Source of the DNA: Limisphaerales bacterium
Lineage (GTDB): Bacteria; Verrucomicrobiota; Verrucomicrobiia; Limisphaerales; SIBE01
DNA length: 64,000 nucleotides
Assembly (NCBI GenBank): GCA_044225505.1
Contig: JBGAIN010000022.1
Coordinates: 1-64,000, forward strand
Direction of reading: 5' to 3'
Positions within the stretch are counted from its first letter, which is position 1, and each line of letters starts with the position of its first letter. A program made the translations under genes and the position numbers. A model generated the notes under the pieces. The model saw nothing but the letters and a program-made list of their open reading frames with translations, did no database searches and had not been told where the DNA came from. Positions 30,601 through 40,673 of this stretch are shown in pieces.

Positions 30601-32453
30601 TCCGGATGTAGAATCTCCGCGGTTGGCTTGTAAAGCAGATCCGCTTTGACTTTGGCGCCGAGTTGGCGAACGGCTGTGGAGTTAATGAAGACCAGCTTCT
30701 CATCCTGGTAAATCCCAATGGCGTCGGGAGAATCTTCGACCAGGGACCGGTAGCGATCTTCGCTCTCCTTTAGCGCGGCCTCGGCTTTCAAGCGAGTGAT
30801 GGCATGAGCGGCCTCGGCCGCAATGGTTTCCAGGCTGGTTCGGAGCGCGCCGGGAATATCCAGAGCAGAATGGGAAACCGCGTTTAAACATCCGATGATG
30901 CGCCCTTCGTGTTGGATCGGGATAATGCCAAGGAAAGGAAGCCCGTTTTCCCGTTCGGTCTCGTCCATGCCGACCATGAACTGGCTCTGCAGTCCCTGCC
31001 CATACACGGGTTTTCCGGACATTACCGACTTGGCTTCAGGAGAATCCGCTTCGTAACGCGCGGCGTTTCCTGCGAAATGTTTGGAATTTCCAGTGTGGCC
31101 TTGCAGCCGCAGCGAACCGTCCAGTTCGTCCAAGAGGTGAATCCCCGCCCAATCCAGAGGTTCCGCCGCGATCGTGGCCTTCAAGCAGACCTGGATCACC
31201 GTATCCAAGCTGCGACTGGCACCGAGCGCTAATGCCAGGTCGCATTGGATTTGACTGAGGCGCTGGTCCAGCTGGCGCTCGGTGATATCGGAGAAAGTGA
31301 CCAAGACACGGCTCCAAGTGTCCTCGTGGTGAGGAACGAGCGAGAGCGAGATGGCCAACACTCTGCCGAGGCCGTTGGGGCTGACAATCGGGATCTCGCC
31401 AGCCCAATGCTTCGCACCGGCTGCCAAACTTCCTAATTCATCGGCAAAAACGTCGAGAGAAGCCGACGTGAAATAGGAAGGGAGATGCTTCGGTATCTCC
31501 TGCTTAGGCATTCCGAAAACCTTGGCGCTGGTTTCGTTAATCCGAACTACTTTGACGGCGGCGGCGCACGCGGCGAGTTCTGTCCGGTGCTCACGCAAGT
31601 AGGGAGTGATATCGTGCACGCCGGAAGCCATGAGCGCGTCGAGTCGGTTCTTCACTTCCGTGAAATCCTCCTCCCAAATGGCGGCCGGAGAATGCTCGAA
31701 GAGTGTTTCTAACCGCGCCTCCTTTTCGCGCAACGCCTGTTCCGCAGCTTTGCGTGTGGTAATGTCAATAACCACGCCGATGATTCGCACGGGTCGGTCT
31801 TGGGCGTCGAACAAATAGCGCCCGTGCGATGTGACCCAGTGAACGCTCCCATCGGGCCAGACGACCCGATAATCAACTTGAAATGGCGCGCGGGTCTTTT
31901 GCAACTCTTCACCCCGTCGGAGGATGTCGGAAAGATCGTCCGGGTGAACTCTCGAGCTGAAGCCCTCCGCCGTGCCGGGAAACGTGCCTGGGGAATAGGC
32001 CCAAAGCTTTTCATGATTCGCCGACCAAACGACTTTGTCAGTGGTCAAATCCCAGTCCCAGGTTCCTATCTGGGCTGCTTCGAGCGCTAAACGGTGTCGG
32101 AGTTCACTTTCGTGGAGGGCCGCTTCGGCTCGGTGCAGGTCGGTGTAGGCTGATTGCCAGCGTTGCTCGCTTTCGCGGATCAATTGGGCTGATCGTTGCG
32201 CTTGGCGGAAGTAACCGTTCAGAGCGACCCCGAGCAGAACGGCGGTGGCCAAAACGAAGGACCAATGAGACCAATGATCAAGCCGAGTCTGAAGCGTTGG
32301 ATCGACCACCCATCGAGCTAATACCCAGTCCGAAAAGAACTCCCACAAAGTCCAAATGAGTGCGTAAGCAAAGGCGATACGGATGGCCAAACCGCGCGTG
32401 AGCTTCCAGGGAGTGGCGGATCGGTTCGGTGTTTCGTCGGCGCCTGTTGACAT
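27609..32453 (-). CDS. Membrane-anchored hybrid histidine kinase (2 TM-PAS/GAF array-HisKA-HATPase-REC)
   Basis: 'GGVAHDFNNIL', 'FFTTKEAGKGTGLGL', C-terminal REC; NifL/Aer-like PAS 'NPRMLKSG'. Confidence 0.95.
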   Translation of the reverse strand: MSTGADETPNRSATPWKLTRGLAIRIAFAYALIWTLWEFFSDWVLARWVVDPTLQTRLDHWSHWSFVLATAVLLGVALNGYFRQAQRSAQLIRESEQRWQSAYTDLHRAEAALHESELRHRLALEAAQIGTWDWDLTTDKVVWSANHEKLWAYSPGTFPGTAEGFSSRVHPDDLSDILRRGEELQKTRAPFQVDYRVVWPDGSVHWVTSHGRYLFDAQDRPVRIIGVVIDITTRKAAEQALREKEARLETLFEHSPAAIWEEDFTEVKNRLDALMASGVHDITPYLREHRTELAACAAAVKVVRINETSAKVFGMPKQEIPKHLPSYFTSASLDVFADELGSLAAGAKHWAGEIPIVSPNGLGRVLAISLSLVPHHEDTWSRVLVTFSDITERQLDQRLSQIQCDLALALGASRSLDTVIQVCLKATIAAEPLDWAGIHLLDELDGSLRLQGHTGNSKHFAGNAARYEADSPEAKSVMSGKPVYGQGLQSQFMVGMDETERENGLPFLGIIPIQHEGRIIGCLNAVSHSALDIPGALRTSLETIAAEAAHAITRLKAEAALKESEDRYRSLVEDSPDAIGIYQDEKLVFINSTAVRQLGAKVKADLLYKPTAEILHPDDRAAAAERIRRRMGGDTTVYPAEARYVRRDGSILPIEVSAAPVQFAGKPAVQLIARDISDRKRAEAELREGLLFRRQAEKIARIGAWKANLETDYLYWTEGVFEILELPQNHQPGLREGLKYYDAASLPVLHAALQAALQDGTPFVVETGLTTATGRHLWTEVRGLGRVLEGGQAWVMGTFQDITERKLAEHRAKQDGERTELLLELHRRAPQMSDRELFDYVLDKAVKLTDSETGFFHRVSADQNQIILTAWNEEALKSCTAQFDTHYPLSQAGNWVDCVRERRPVVYNDYAQSPNQHGLPQGHAPVRRFMSIPVIQEGKVHIIFGVGNKVLPYHEGDVAQLQLVANELDKVLRQREAETQLRKLSRAVEQNLACIFITDANGIIEYVNGRFTQITGYSKEEALGQNPRMLKSGQTPPEQYQELWSTLLQGNEWRGQFYNRKKNGEFFWEHAFISPIKSPEGIVTHFVAVKEDITDRKRVEAALERSNERYRSLIETTFDWVWEVDANGRYTYASPRVEEILGYKAEQVLGRSPFDFMPPVEAARVGAIFQEALTRRAPFTALENTNLHQNGREIVLESSGMPVLGPNGELLGYRGMDRDITARKRLEDQLRQSQKLEAIGQLAGGVAHDFNNILAAMMMTLALTQLNPGLDAETRQALQELEAEAKRAENLTRQLLMLSRRSVLSVKPLDLNALVANLLKMLGRLIGEHIELRFHRPSTLPMVEADAGMLDQVLMNLVVNARDAMPKGGRITIRTNLVDVRAEETPANPNRRSGPFVCLEVTDQGCGMDHSTLKRVFEPFFTTKEAGKGTGLGLATVYGIVGQHKGWVDIESQLQHGTTFRVYLPPIRDPVASPALEDSSRPIRQGRERILIVEDETKVRSLLARSLRLLGYEVSEAGTGPEALACWQEQTGKFDLLLTDMVMPGGMTGLELSEKLLAENPGLAAIISSGYSAEIAKEGAPTRAGITYIQKPYDLNALSNVVRSSLDKRYSRAD

Positions 32454-33104
32454 AGTTCGCGACCTTCGCCCGGTGTGATGTTGCCCACGGCTGCCAACCT
32501 CGGCTTAGGTTGAAGCTCGTTCGCCTCTCTAAAACCGGTCAATAGCTCAGGAAGGCGCTGAAAGTCAGGCCGATCACTCAATGGGTTCTCGGCCTGATCG
32601 AATCATCTCAAACCCTCGAACAGTACTCTGCGGAATGCGCTAGCACCAAACGGCTTGGCTCGGGGAAGGAGATTCGCAGCTACCGTTTCGCAAGCCACGC
32701 CATCAGTCGGTCTGGCTTCGCTGCCAGATTGTTATCGCAAAGCTTATACGGCCGGTAGGTCCACGACAAGCTGAAACCAGCCGACTCGTCTCTAAACAGC
32801 AGAGCATTTTCTTGGCCGGAAACGGCAAATCTGAGAAGGGCGCGCGTTTCCGCGACCCCGCTCAATCCAAGAGCGAAACCGAAGACTCCGAGGTCAAGCT
32901 CGCGCGTAGGCTGGGTGAAGTCCGGTGGATTCCGCGGGAGGCGGGGACGGTGTCGACACGTTCAAAAGCCGGGGCGATCCGCGTCGATCTTCGATAACGG
33001 AGCAATAGGTGTGCGACCATCAAGATTTCGCAGAAGGTGAACTATCTTGCTTGCGCTTTCTCCGCAGAAAGAGCTACAAGCAATCAAACCAGCCCGCCAC
33101 CTAT

Positions 33105-35027
33105 ATGAGAACACTACTTTTTCTCGGTCTTTCGGCTATTCTTGTGCCTTCGTTCAGTCAGGCCCAACCGTTTGATATTTCGACCTTCGATCCGGCGTCA
33201 ACCGGGCCATGGTCGGAAGTGGGGCGAACGACCTTAACAGTCCCCAAGGTTCCCAATGGCTCCATTGCCCTCGATGGCGCTGCGTCCTCCCAAGAGTATG
33301 GAGGATTCAACGGCATCACCGTTACCCCTGGGGTGAATGCCTGGATCCTCGATTTCCCGGGCGACAGATCTTGGGATTCGCCCGACGACTCCAGTTTTAC
33401 TTATTGGCTCGCCCATGATGATGACAATTTTTACGTCGGTGTCCAAGTGAAGGACGACGTGGTCACCAGTGACGATCCAAACGGGAGCTTCTGGAAGGAT
33501 GATGCGATTGAAATTGTCGTGGATGCGCTCTCCGATCGATTGGACAACAACACGGACAGCTCCAAAGACCCGGTCGGCGGGCATAGTTACGTCAACTTCG
33601 CCGGGAAGTTCTCGGCCTGGGATGATACCGCTAGCCAGATCAGTGGGACCAGTTGGGCAACCGCTGTGAATTGGACATATGGAACGAATGGAGAGGTCTT
33701 TGGTGTCGGGAAAGCCGCCGCAGGCGGTTGGCAGTTAGAAGTCCGCCTGAAAAAGACTCTGTTCCAAGATGCCACGGCAGGAAATAAACTGAAGAACGGC
33801 TACCGAATGGGCTTCAATATCGGTTTGGACGATGATGACAAACACGGCACGGGAGTAAGCGGCGACAAATCCCGCACGGAAGATCTAGAAATTCAGTATT
33901 TTTGGGCCAATCGCCAGCGTCGAATCGGATACAATGCCGATTATCTCGCCGGATTGAGTGCCGAAGATAAAGCCGCGAAAGTCTGGCTATTGGATCCTGC
34001 CGCCGATTCGCGAGGCTTGCCATTAGCCGTGGATTCCCCCGGTCGCCTTTCGCATGCAGGGTCCGGAGAGATTTTCTTTGGCTACGACAAAGAGGTTTCG
34101 GCGTCTGGCCAAAACATCCTCTTCGTCACATCGAATGCCGATTCTCCCCTGAACGCGGATCCTGCTTTGATCGCGTGGTTGCAAGCCAAAGGTTACACGG
34201 TCACACCACTGACGCCTCCCGCGACACCGGAGGAGTTTCGCGCCGCGGCTGTCGGAAAACAGCTGGTCATTCTTTCGGAAACGATCGGTTCGGGGACCGT
34301 CTTGGACCCGGTCAACGATGCGCTTGGGGCGTTCAGCCTCAAAGACACCGACGTGCCGATCATCTCCTTCGAAGCGTACATGTTTGACAATGCAGAGTGG
34401 GTTAAGAAAGCCGCGGACGGCTCGAACGATTGGATCAATTGGGGCAACACCGGACGCTCCGAGCTAGCCGCTGAAGTCCAGGATGCGAGGGATTCCCTAT
34501 ACATCACCAAGCCGGGCCATCCGATCGCGGGCGGATTGACCGGTAAGGTCAAAGTTTACGAGGTCCCTTACAGCTTTAATTTCGGTGTTCCTTCAGCGGA
34601 CGCTGACATCATTGCGAGTGTGCAGGCCGACGGTTCGTATCCCACCCTCTGGGTCTATGAAAAGGGCGACAAACTCTTCGACGGGAGTGTTGTCCCGAAC
34701 AAACGTATCGGGCTGTTTCTGGGACAAACGGCCAATCCCAACGCCAACTGGCCGACGGACTTTGCCGATCTCACGGAGGCGGGCCGCACGCTCTTGCTCA
34801 ACACCATCGCTTACGCGTTGGGAACCGGGACTCCGTCGACCGGGTCCTTGGATCTGTCCGCGACTCGAGCTGCAGGGAAGATTCGGCTAGCTTGGACGGA
34901 CACGGCCGCGAAACTTGAGTCTGCCTCGGGGGTGCTCGGGCCTTGGACCGCCGTAGCCAACGCCGCGTCTCCATTCGAGCAGGATATTGCTGGATCCCAA
35001 CAGCAGTTCTTCCGTTTGAAGAAGTAA
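33105..35027 (+). CDS. Secreted protein with CBM9/DOMON-like sugar-binding domain, a second alpha/beta domain and C-terminal 'FFRLKK' module
   Basis: Signal peptide, 'AHDDDNFYVGVQVKDD…WKDDAIEI…GFNIGLDDDD'. Confidence 0.8.
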   Translation: MRTLLFLGLSAILVPSFSQAQPFDISTFDPASTGPWSEVGRTTLTVPKVPNGSIALDGAASSQEYGGFNGITVTPGVNAWILDFPGDRSWDSPDDSSFTYWLAHDDDNFYVGVQVKDDVVTSDDPNGSFWKDDAIEIVVDALSDRLDNNTDSSKDPVGGHSYVNFAGKFSAWDDTASQISGTSWATAVNWTYGTNGEVFGVGKAAAGGWQLEVRLKKTLFQDATAGNKLKNGYRMGFNIGLDDDDKHGTGVSGDKSRTEDLEIQYFWANRQRRIGYNADYLAGLSAEDKAAKVWLLDPAADSRGLPLAVDSPGRLSHAGSGEIFFGYDKEVSASGQNILFVTSNADSPLNADPALIAWLQAKGYTVTPLTPPATPEEFRAAAVGKQLVILSETIGSGTVLDPVNDALGAFSLKDTDVPIISFEAYMFDNAEWVKKAADGSNDWINWGNTGRSELAAEVQDARDSLYITKPGHPIAGGLTGKVKVYEVPYSFNFGVPSADADIIASVQADGSYPTLWVYEKGDKLFDGSVVPNKRIGLFLGQTANPNANWPTDFADLTEAGRTLLLNTIAYALGTGTPSTGSLDLSATRAAGKIRLAWTDTAAKLESASGVLGPWTAVANAASPFEQDIAGSQQQFFRLKK

Positions 35028-35181
35028 ATCCCGAGCGGAAAATCCGCGTCGAATCCTGACGTGAGTCCGGTGATCCTGTGCGTGTCACCGGCCTCTGCGG
35101 GCGTTGTGCCTCGGATGTCCCAGGCGGCGGAAATCGAGAGTCGAAGTCTTCCGTGCGCCCTGCCATGTTGGCCAGAAGCCG

Positions 35182-35637
35182 ATGCACCGCTTAGATCCGA
35201 AGTTCACTCCGGCCGCTCGCCAGTTGCTGGCGATGGCGCGCGCGGAAGCGGCAGAGTGGCAGATGAACTTTGTTTTTACACAGCATCTGCTGCTGGCATG
35301 CATCGGGTTCGGAAAGGGCCTGGCAGGAAACATCTTTGAGAAACACGGCCTGCAATTGGAGACCGTGCGGGCGGAGTTTCGCAGATTCATTGAGGTGGAC
35401 CCGCACGGGCTGCTCGAAACGCCCGTTTCGTTGGGACCGCGCGTCGTCGAGATCCTGGCGGGTTGCTACCAAGAAGCTCAGGCAGCAGGCCGTCCCTACA
35501 TTGGGATCGAGCACATCCTGGTGGGGTTGCTCCGTCAGGCGGACGGCATTGTCGTTCGTGTGTTGACCGGCTTAAAAGTCGACGCCGTGGCACTTCGCCA
35601 GGAACTCGTCAGGGCCTTCGATCTAAGGGAGTCGTGA
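35182..35637 (+). CDS. Stand-alone Clp protease N-terminal (Clp_N repeat) domain protein
   Basis: 'FTPAARQLLAMARAEA…TQHLLLA' and 'EAQAAGRPYIGIEHILVGLL'; no AAA+ domain. Confidence 0.85.
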   Translation: MHRLDPKFTPAARQLLAMARAEAAEWQMNFVFTQHLLLACIGFGKGLAGNIFEKHGLQLETVRAEFRRFIEVDPHGLLETPVSLGPRVVEILAGCYQEAQAAGRPYIGIEHILVGLLRQADGIVVRVLTGLKVDAVALRQELVRAFDLRES

Positions 35638-35733
35638 CCGAGGGCGGAAGCCGATTTGAACGGGCACTTTCGTTCAACTCTTATGAGTTAGATCAAGGAG
35701 CGCACCGGGCTTGGGAACTAGAATCCAGTCTGT

Positions 35734-38466
35734 ATGCACCCTATCCTCTCCTTGTCGATCTTGCTCTTGGCGAGCTTATCCAGTTGGGCGCAGCTCCGGC
35801 CGACCGAGTTGCGGTGCGAGTTTCGCCGGGATCCGATAGGGATCGAGGCTCGAAACCCACGCTTGAGTTGGGTCCTAGCGCCGGCGGATCCAGAGGCCCG
35901 GAACCTGCGACAAACGGCTTACCAGATCGTCGTCGCTACCCAACCCGAACTCCTGGAGCCAAGTCGGGCTGATCTTTGGGACTCCGGAAAGGTGCCTTCC
36001 GATGGGATGGCGCACATCGCCTATTCTGGACAGTCACTCCGTTCGAACCAGCGAGTGTGGTGGGCGGTCCGTGTTTGGGACCAGGACGGGGGCTCTTCCG
36101 CTTGGAGCTCATCGGCGTCGTGGACGATGGGCGTTCTGAGTGCGGGCGATTGGCAGGCCAAGTGGATCGCCGCATCCACCGGCGGTGAGACTTCTGGTCC
36201 GCTCCCGTTATTCCGTAGGGATTATCAATTCACGCAGAGCGTCCGCCGAGCCTTGGTGCACATCTCCGGACTGGGGTTCTATGAGCTAAGCATCGACGGA
36301 GTCAAAGTGGGCGATTTGGTGTTGGACCCAGGCTGGACCGATTATCGGAAGCGCTGCCTTTATAGTTCCTACGATATCACCGAACGCTTCCAGGGCGGGA
36401 GTGCGAACAACGGACGGCACACCATCGGTGTGATGTTGGGCAACGGGATGTTCAATGTTCGCGGTGGGCGATACGTCAAGTTCACCGGGTCTTTCGGGCC
36501 GCCTCAGTTCGTTCTTCAGACGTACGTGGAATTCACGGATGGCACATCGACGAATTTGGTCAGTGATGAATCGTGGAGGAGTGCTCCAGGTCCGATTTCG
36601 TTCTCCTGCATTTATGGCGGCGAAGATTACGACGCGCGACGCGAACTCACGGGTTGGAATCGACCGGGTTTTGCGGAAACGGGTTGGGCATCTGTCCGAA
36701 TCACAGCCGGACCGGGCGGGCGCTTGGTTGCGCAAGCGGCGCCACCTTTGAAAGTCATGGAACGTTTCGGACCCATCCGGATCTCGGAGCCGAAACCCGG
36801 CATCTTCGTGTATGATCTTGGGCAAAATTTCTCAGGTTGGCCTTTCCTGGAAGCACGTGGCCCGAACGGCGTGACCATCAAATTGACCCCGGGAGAATTG
36901 CTCGATGAGCGTGGATTGGTTAGTCAACGCAGCTCGGGTGGACCGACCTGGTTCAGCTACACGCTCAAGGGTGGTGCAGAAACAGAAGTGTGGCATCCGC
37001 GGTTTTCCTATACGGGCTTCCGCTACATTCAGGTGGAAGGGGCCAGGCCCGCAGATTCGAATTCATCAGCCGACCATGCGGCTGTGATTGGATTGCGCGG
37101 AGAGTTCATTCATTCCTCAGCGGCTCGAACGAGCTTTTTTGAGTCGTCCGAGAAGCTCCTGAATCGGATCGATCGCCTGATTTGCGCCGCGATAGAAAGC
37201 AATTTGCAGAGCGTGCTGACCGATTGTCCGCATCGGGAGAAACTGGGTTGGTTAGAAGTCTCTCACTTGCTGGGTCCGGCGATCCTTTTTAACTACGACG
37301 TCCTGCAGCTCTATGCCAAAATTTGCCAAGACATGGCAGACGCGCAGCTTCCCAACGGGCTTGTGCCTGATATTGCGCCTGAATTCACGGTGTTTAGCGG
37401 GGGGTTTCGTGATTCGCCAGAATGGGGAAGTGCGTGCGTGATCAACCCGTGGCTGATTTTCCAGCGCTATGGCGACCGGCAACCGCTGATCGATCAGTAT
37501 GATGTCATGGCACGCTATCTCGCTTACCTTGGAAGCCAGACACAGGAGAACATTCTGTCGCACGGACTCGGGGACTGGTACGACATCGGTCCCAAACCGC
37601 CCGGGGAATCACAGCTCACGAGCAAAGGACTAACCGCCACGGCGATTTACTACCAGGACATCGAAATCCTGAGGCAAGTCGCCGAGATGCTGGGAAAGAA
37701 AGCTGACGCAGAGAAATGGACAACGCTCGGGACCGCTGTTCGACGAGCATTCAATTCCAAATTCTTGGATTCGGTGGTCGGTCAATACGATCGAGGCAGT
37801 CAAACGGCCGCCGCGATGCCACTGGTCGTCGGCTTGGTCGAAAAGGACCAAACAGCGGCAGTTCTTGCGAACTTGGTTCGAGATGTCCGCGCGCGGACAA
37901 ATCAGGTTACTGCGGGCGACGTTGGATTCCGCTATCTGGTGGAGGCACTCCGGATTGGTGGACATTCCGTCGTGCTCTATGTTCTCGTCACACGTCGGGA
38001 GGGTCCTGGCTAGGCCGAACAATTGCGCAAAGGAGCGACGACCCTGACGGAGGCTTGGGATGCGGATCCGGCCAGTTCGCACAACCATTGCATGCTGGGG
38101 CACGCAGAAGAATGGTTTTACACCGGACTGGCTGGGATTAATCCAGATCCAATGGGCCCCGGTTTCCGCAACATAATTATTAAACCCCAATTTGTTGGCG
38201 GGCTAAGCTGGGTTCACGCTGGATACGATTCGATGAGCGGGCCTATCCGGTCATCGTGGACCAACCAGGCTGGAAAGTTGACGCTGGCCGTTTCCATTCC
38301 GCCCAATACCCGTGCGACCGTCTATTTCCCAGGGAAAGGGCCGTCGGCGGTTGCGGTTAACGGCCAGTCTGCGGCCCAGGTGTCTGGAGTTGACTTTTTG
38401 CGGGTCGACGGTGACGCGGCTGTCTATTCGATCGGCTCAGGAAACTATCGGTTCGCAACTCCGTGA
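35734..38466 (+). pseudogene. GH78 alpha-L-rhamnosidase interrupted by an in-frame TAG at 38011-38013
   Basis: 'YDLGQNFSG', 'TDCPHREKLGW', then 'GPG*AEQLRKGATTLTEAWD…SHNHCMLG' in the same frame. Confidence 0.85.
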
Positions 38467-38500
38467 CGGAGCGTGAGGCGATTTTGCAGGACTTGATACT

Positions 38501-39295
38501 CTAGCGAAAGGGCGTTTTGACAATGCCCACGAAGGTTTGATCCTTGGGAGCCTCAAATTCCTCAAGCCCAAATTGAATGGCGTGAGGATCATCCCGAAGG
38601 CGGAACGAGCGGAAGATTCGATCCCAGATCGATAGCAAAGATGCGAAATTGGAATCCGTCTCCGGTTGCACTCGAGAGTGATGCACTTTGTGCATGTCCG
38701 GCGTGACAATCACGCAACGGAGAGCGCGGTCGATGACTCGTGGCAATCCGATATTCGCATGGTGGAACTGAATGACGGCTAATAAAACGGTTTCGTAAGC
38801 GACGATTTCCCAAAGTTCCACCCCGAGAAGAAGGATCAGCGGGATTCTCAAACAGTTTGACAGGACGATCTCGCCGATGTGAAAGCGACTCCCGGTCGTC
38901 ACGTCCATCTGCGCGTCGGAATGGTGAGCGCGATGAAAGCGCCAAAGGAACGGGACCTGGTGGTTGAAGCGATGCCACCAGTAGGTCCAGAAATCCAACG
39001 CCAAGACAGCGGCGATCGCGTGCCAGACTGAGCCCAGGCCCAGCCAGTTCAAAAGGCCGAAGCCGTGGCGCGTTGCCCAACTGGCCGTCACCGTCCAGAC
39101 TCCCACGAACAAGAGAGCCGTCATCGCGCTGTTCAAAAGAGCAATCGCTAGGTTGCGCAACCCGTGCCTTGTCCTCAGGCGGGGGGCCTTGTTAAACAAC
39201 GGCAAGAATGGCCAGAATGTTTCCCACGCCAGCAGCAGGAAAAGAAGCACCGGGCCGGTCACCCAGCGAACGGAAGGAATACTTTCGAGTGCCAT
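38501..39295 (-). CDS. Sterol desaturase/fatty-acid hydroxylase superfamily protein
   Basis: His boxes 'YWWHRFNH', 'RFHRAHHS', 'FHHAN', 'MHKVHHS'; 'WDRIF'. Confidence 0.92.
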   Translation of the reverse strand: MALESIPSVRWVTGPVLLFLLLAWETFWPFLPLFNKAPRLRTRHGLRNLAIALLNSAMTALLFVGVWTVTASWATRHGFGLLNWLGLGSVWHAIAAVLALDFWTYWWHRFNHQVPFLWRFHRAHHSDAQMDVTTGSRFHIGEIVLSNCLRIPLILLLGVELWEIVAYETVLLAVIQFHHANIGLPRVIDRALRCVIVTPDMHKVHHSRVQPETDSNFASLLSIWDRIFRSFRLRDDPHAIQFGLEEFEAPKDQTFVGIVKTPFR

Positions 39296-39297
39296 GA

Positions 39298-40620
39298 CTA
39301 GACTCGAGTCAGAGTTCCTCGATACCAACCCGCGAGCTTTTCAGGCGATACTCCCAGACGATACCCAGCAATAACCACCTTGTTCATCAAGGTGGTCCGT
39401 AGCACTCCTAGGCGTCTCCAGCGACGTCCAGAGGTCAAGGCCGGGGCGTCAACCGTCACGATGCGCCCGCGCTTTCTCAGGCGTTGATTGAATTCGTAGT
39501 CCTCCATGATAGGCAGATTTGCGAACCCTCCCATTTCTTCGAATAGAGCCCGACGTAGAAACAATGTTTGATCCCCGTAGGGACTGCCAAGCCAACGAGA
39601 CCGAAAGTTCGTCGCACGCTCCACCCACCAGCGTCCAGGGAACGGTTCGGCGATGCGAAAGCAAAAGGCTCCCGCTGCCACTCGCGTTCGGCTTAAGGCT
39701 TCGGCCACAACGCGGCTCCAGCGATCCGGCAATTGAGTGTCGGCATGCACGAAGAGCAAAATATTACCTGTGGCTTGGGCGGCACCCGCGTTCATTTGGC
39801 GGGCACGACCTGGCTTGGAATGGATCACCCGGGCGCCGGCGGCCTGCGCCAGCGTGGCGGTGGAATCAGTGCTGCCGCCATCGACGACCAGGATCTCGTG
39901 AGGAACTCCGGCGCTGACTTGCCGAAGCGTGGCTTGAATATGAGCCGACTCGTTCAACGCCGGAATGATGACGGAGATTGCGGGGGGGTGAGTCTCTTCC
40001 ATCGCCGTGAGTTCATTCCAAAGGCCAAGGTCCTCTGGTCGATCCAGGTCATGCAACGGTGGAAGCAAGGCATGAGGCATGTCGAGGGGCTTCAATCTAG
40101 TTATCGATTGTTCCAGAACAGTCTCCGTTCCCCAGGAGATCCCTTGGAAGAGTTCGGGGACGGTTCTCGTTAGGCCAACAAGGTAATACCCGCCGTCGAC
40201 AGCCGGACCAAACACCACCGGAGCCGTTTCTAAAGCGCGAAACGCGGCGGCGAGCACTTTCGGGGTTAGCAAAGGGCAATCGCTCCCAATGACGACCGTG
40301 GCGGTCGCTCTTTCCCTAAAGCTGTCGGTGAAGGCGTTCTCCATCCGCGCGCCCAGATCACCCGAACATTGCCGTCGGCACGTCCAACTATCTCCCAACC
40401 AATGGGTCATCCGCACTTCATCGTCATCCGCCACGCGAACCTCGAGCTGTATGCGGTGTGACTGGCAGAGGGCGGCGCCCGCGCGAAGTGTTCGCAGCAC
40501 CAGGCGGCGATGTAACGCTGCGGCTCCCTCCGCCCCAAGCGCGGGGATAAGACGCGTCTTTACCCTTCCCGCGACGGGATAGCGGGTGAAGAGAATTAAT
40601 CGTCGTTGCTGCGGGGCCAT
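39298..40620 (-). CDS. Fused TIGR04282 (DUF2064) and TIGR04283 (GT2) glycosyltransferases of the rSAM/selenodomain (arsenosugar) system
   Basis: N-terminal half 'FTRYPVAGRVKTRL…GDLGARM…IGSDCP…GPAVDGGYYL…DLDRPEDL'; C-terminal half 'SVIIPALNE…VDGGSTD…GRARQMNAGA…HADT…PYGDQ…IMEDY…TSGRRW'. Confidence 0.92.
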   Translation of the reverse strand: MAPQQRRLILFTRYPVAGRVKTRLIPALGAEGAAALHRRLVLRTLRAGAALCQSHRIQLEVRVADDDEVRMTHWLGDSWTCRRQCSGDLGARMENAFTDSFRERATATVVIGSDCPLLTPKVLAAAFRALETAPVVFGPAVDGGYYLVGLTRTVPELFQGISWGTETVLEQSITRLKPLDMPHALLPPLHDLDRPEDLGLWNELTAMEETHPPAISVIIPALNESAHIQATLRQVSAGVPHEILVVDGGSTDSTATLAQAAGARVIHSKPGRARQMNAGAAQATGNILLFVHADTQLPDRWSRVVAEALSRTRVAAGAFCFRIAEPFPGRWWVERATNFRSRWLGSPYGDQTLFLRRALFEEMGGFANLPIMEDYEFNQRLRKRGRIVTVDAPALTSGRRWRRLGVLRTTLMNKVVIAGYRLGVSPEKLAGWYRGTLTRV

Positions 40621-40673
40621 TCGGCGGCGCGGTCACCGCCGCGCTAGACATGCATTTTCTCGGTGGCTCAGGT

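Noticed and set aside
32454..33100. ncRNA or small gene in the long divergent intergenic region
   Set aside because: No recognisable RNA motif, repeat structure or credible ORF could be supported by eye.
38011..38013. Pyrrolysine or stop-codon reassignment
   Set aside because: TAG is the normal stop of other genes here (for example 43426, 45971, 56037, 57371), the position corresponds to Tyr, and no pyl genes are visible.
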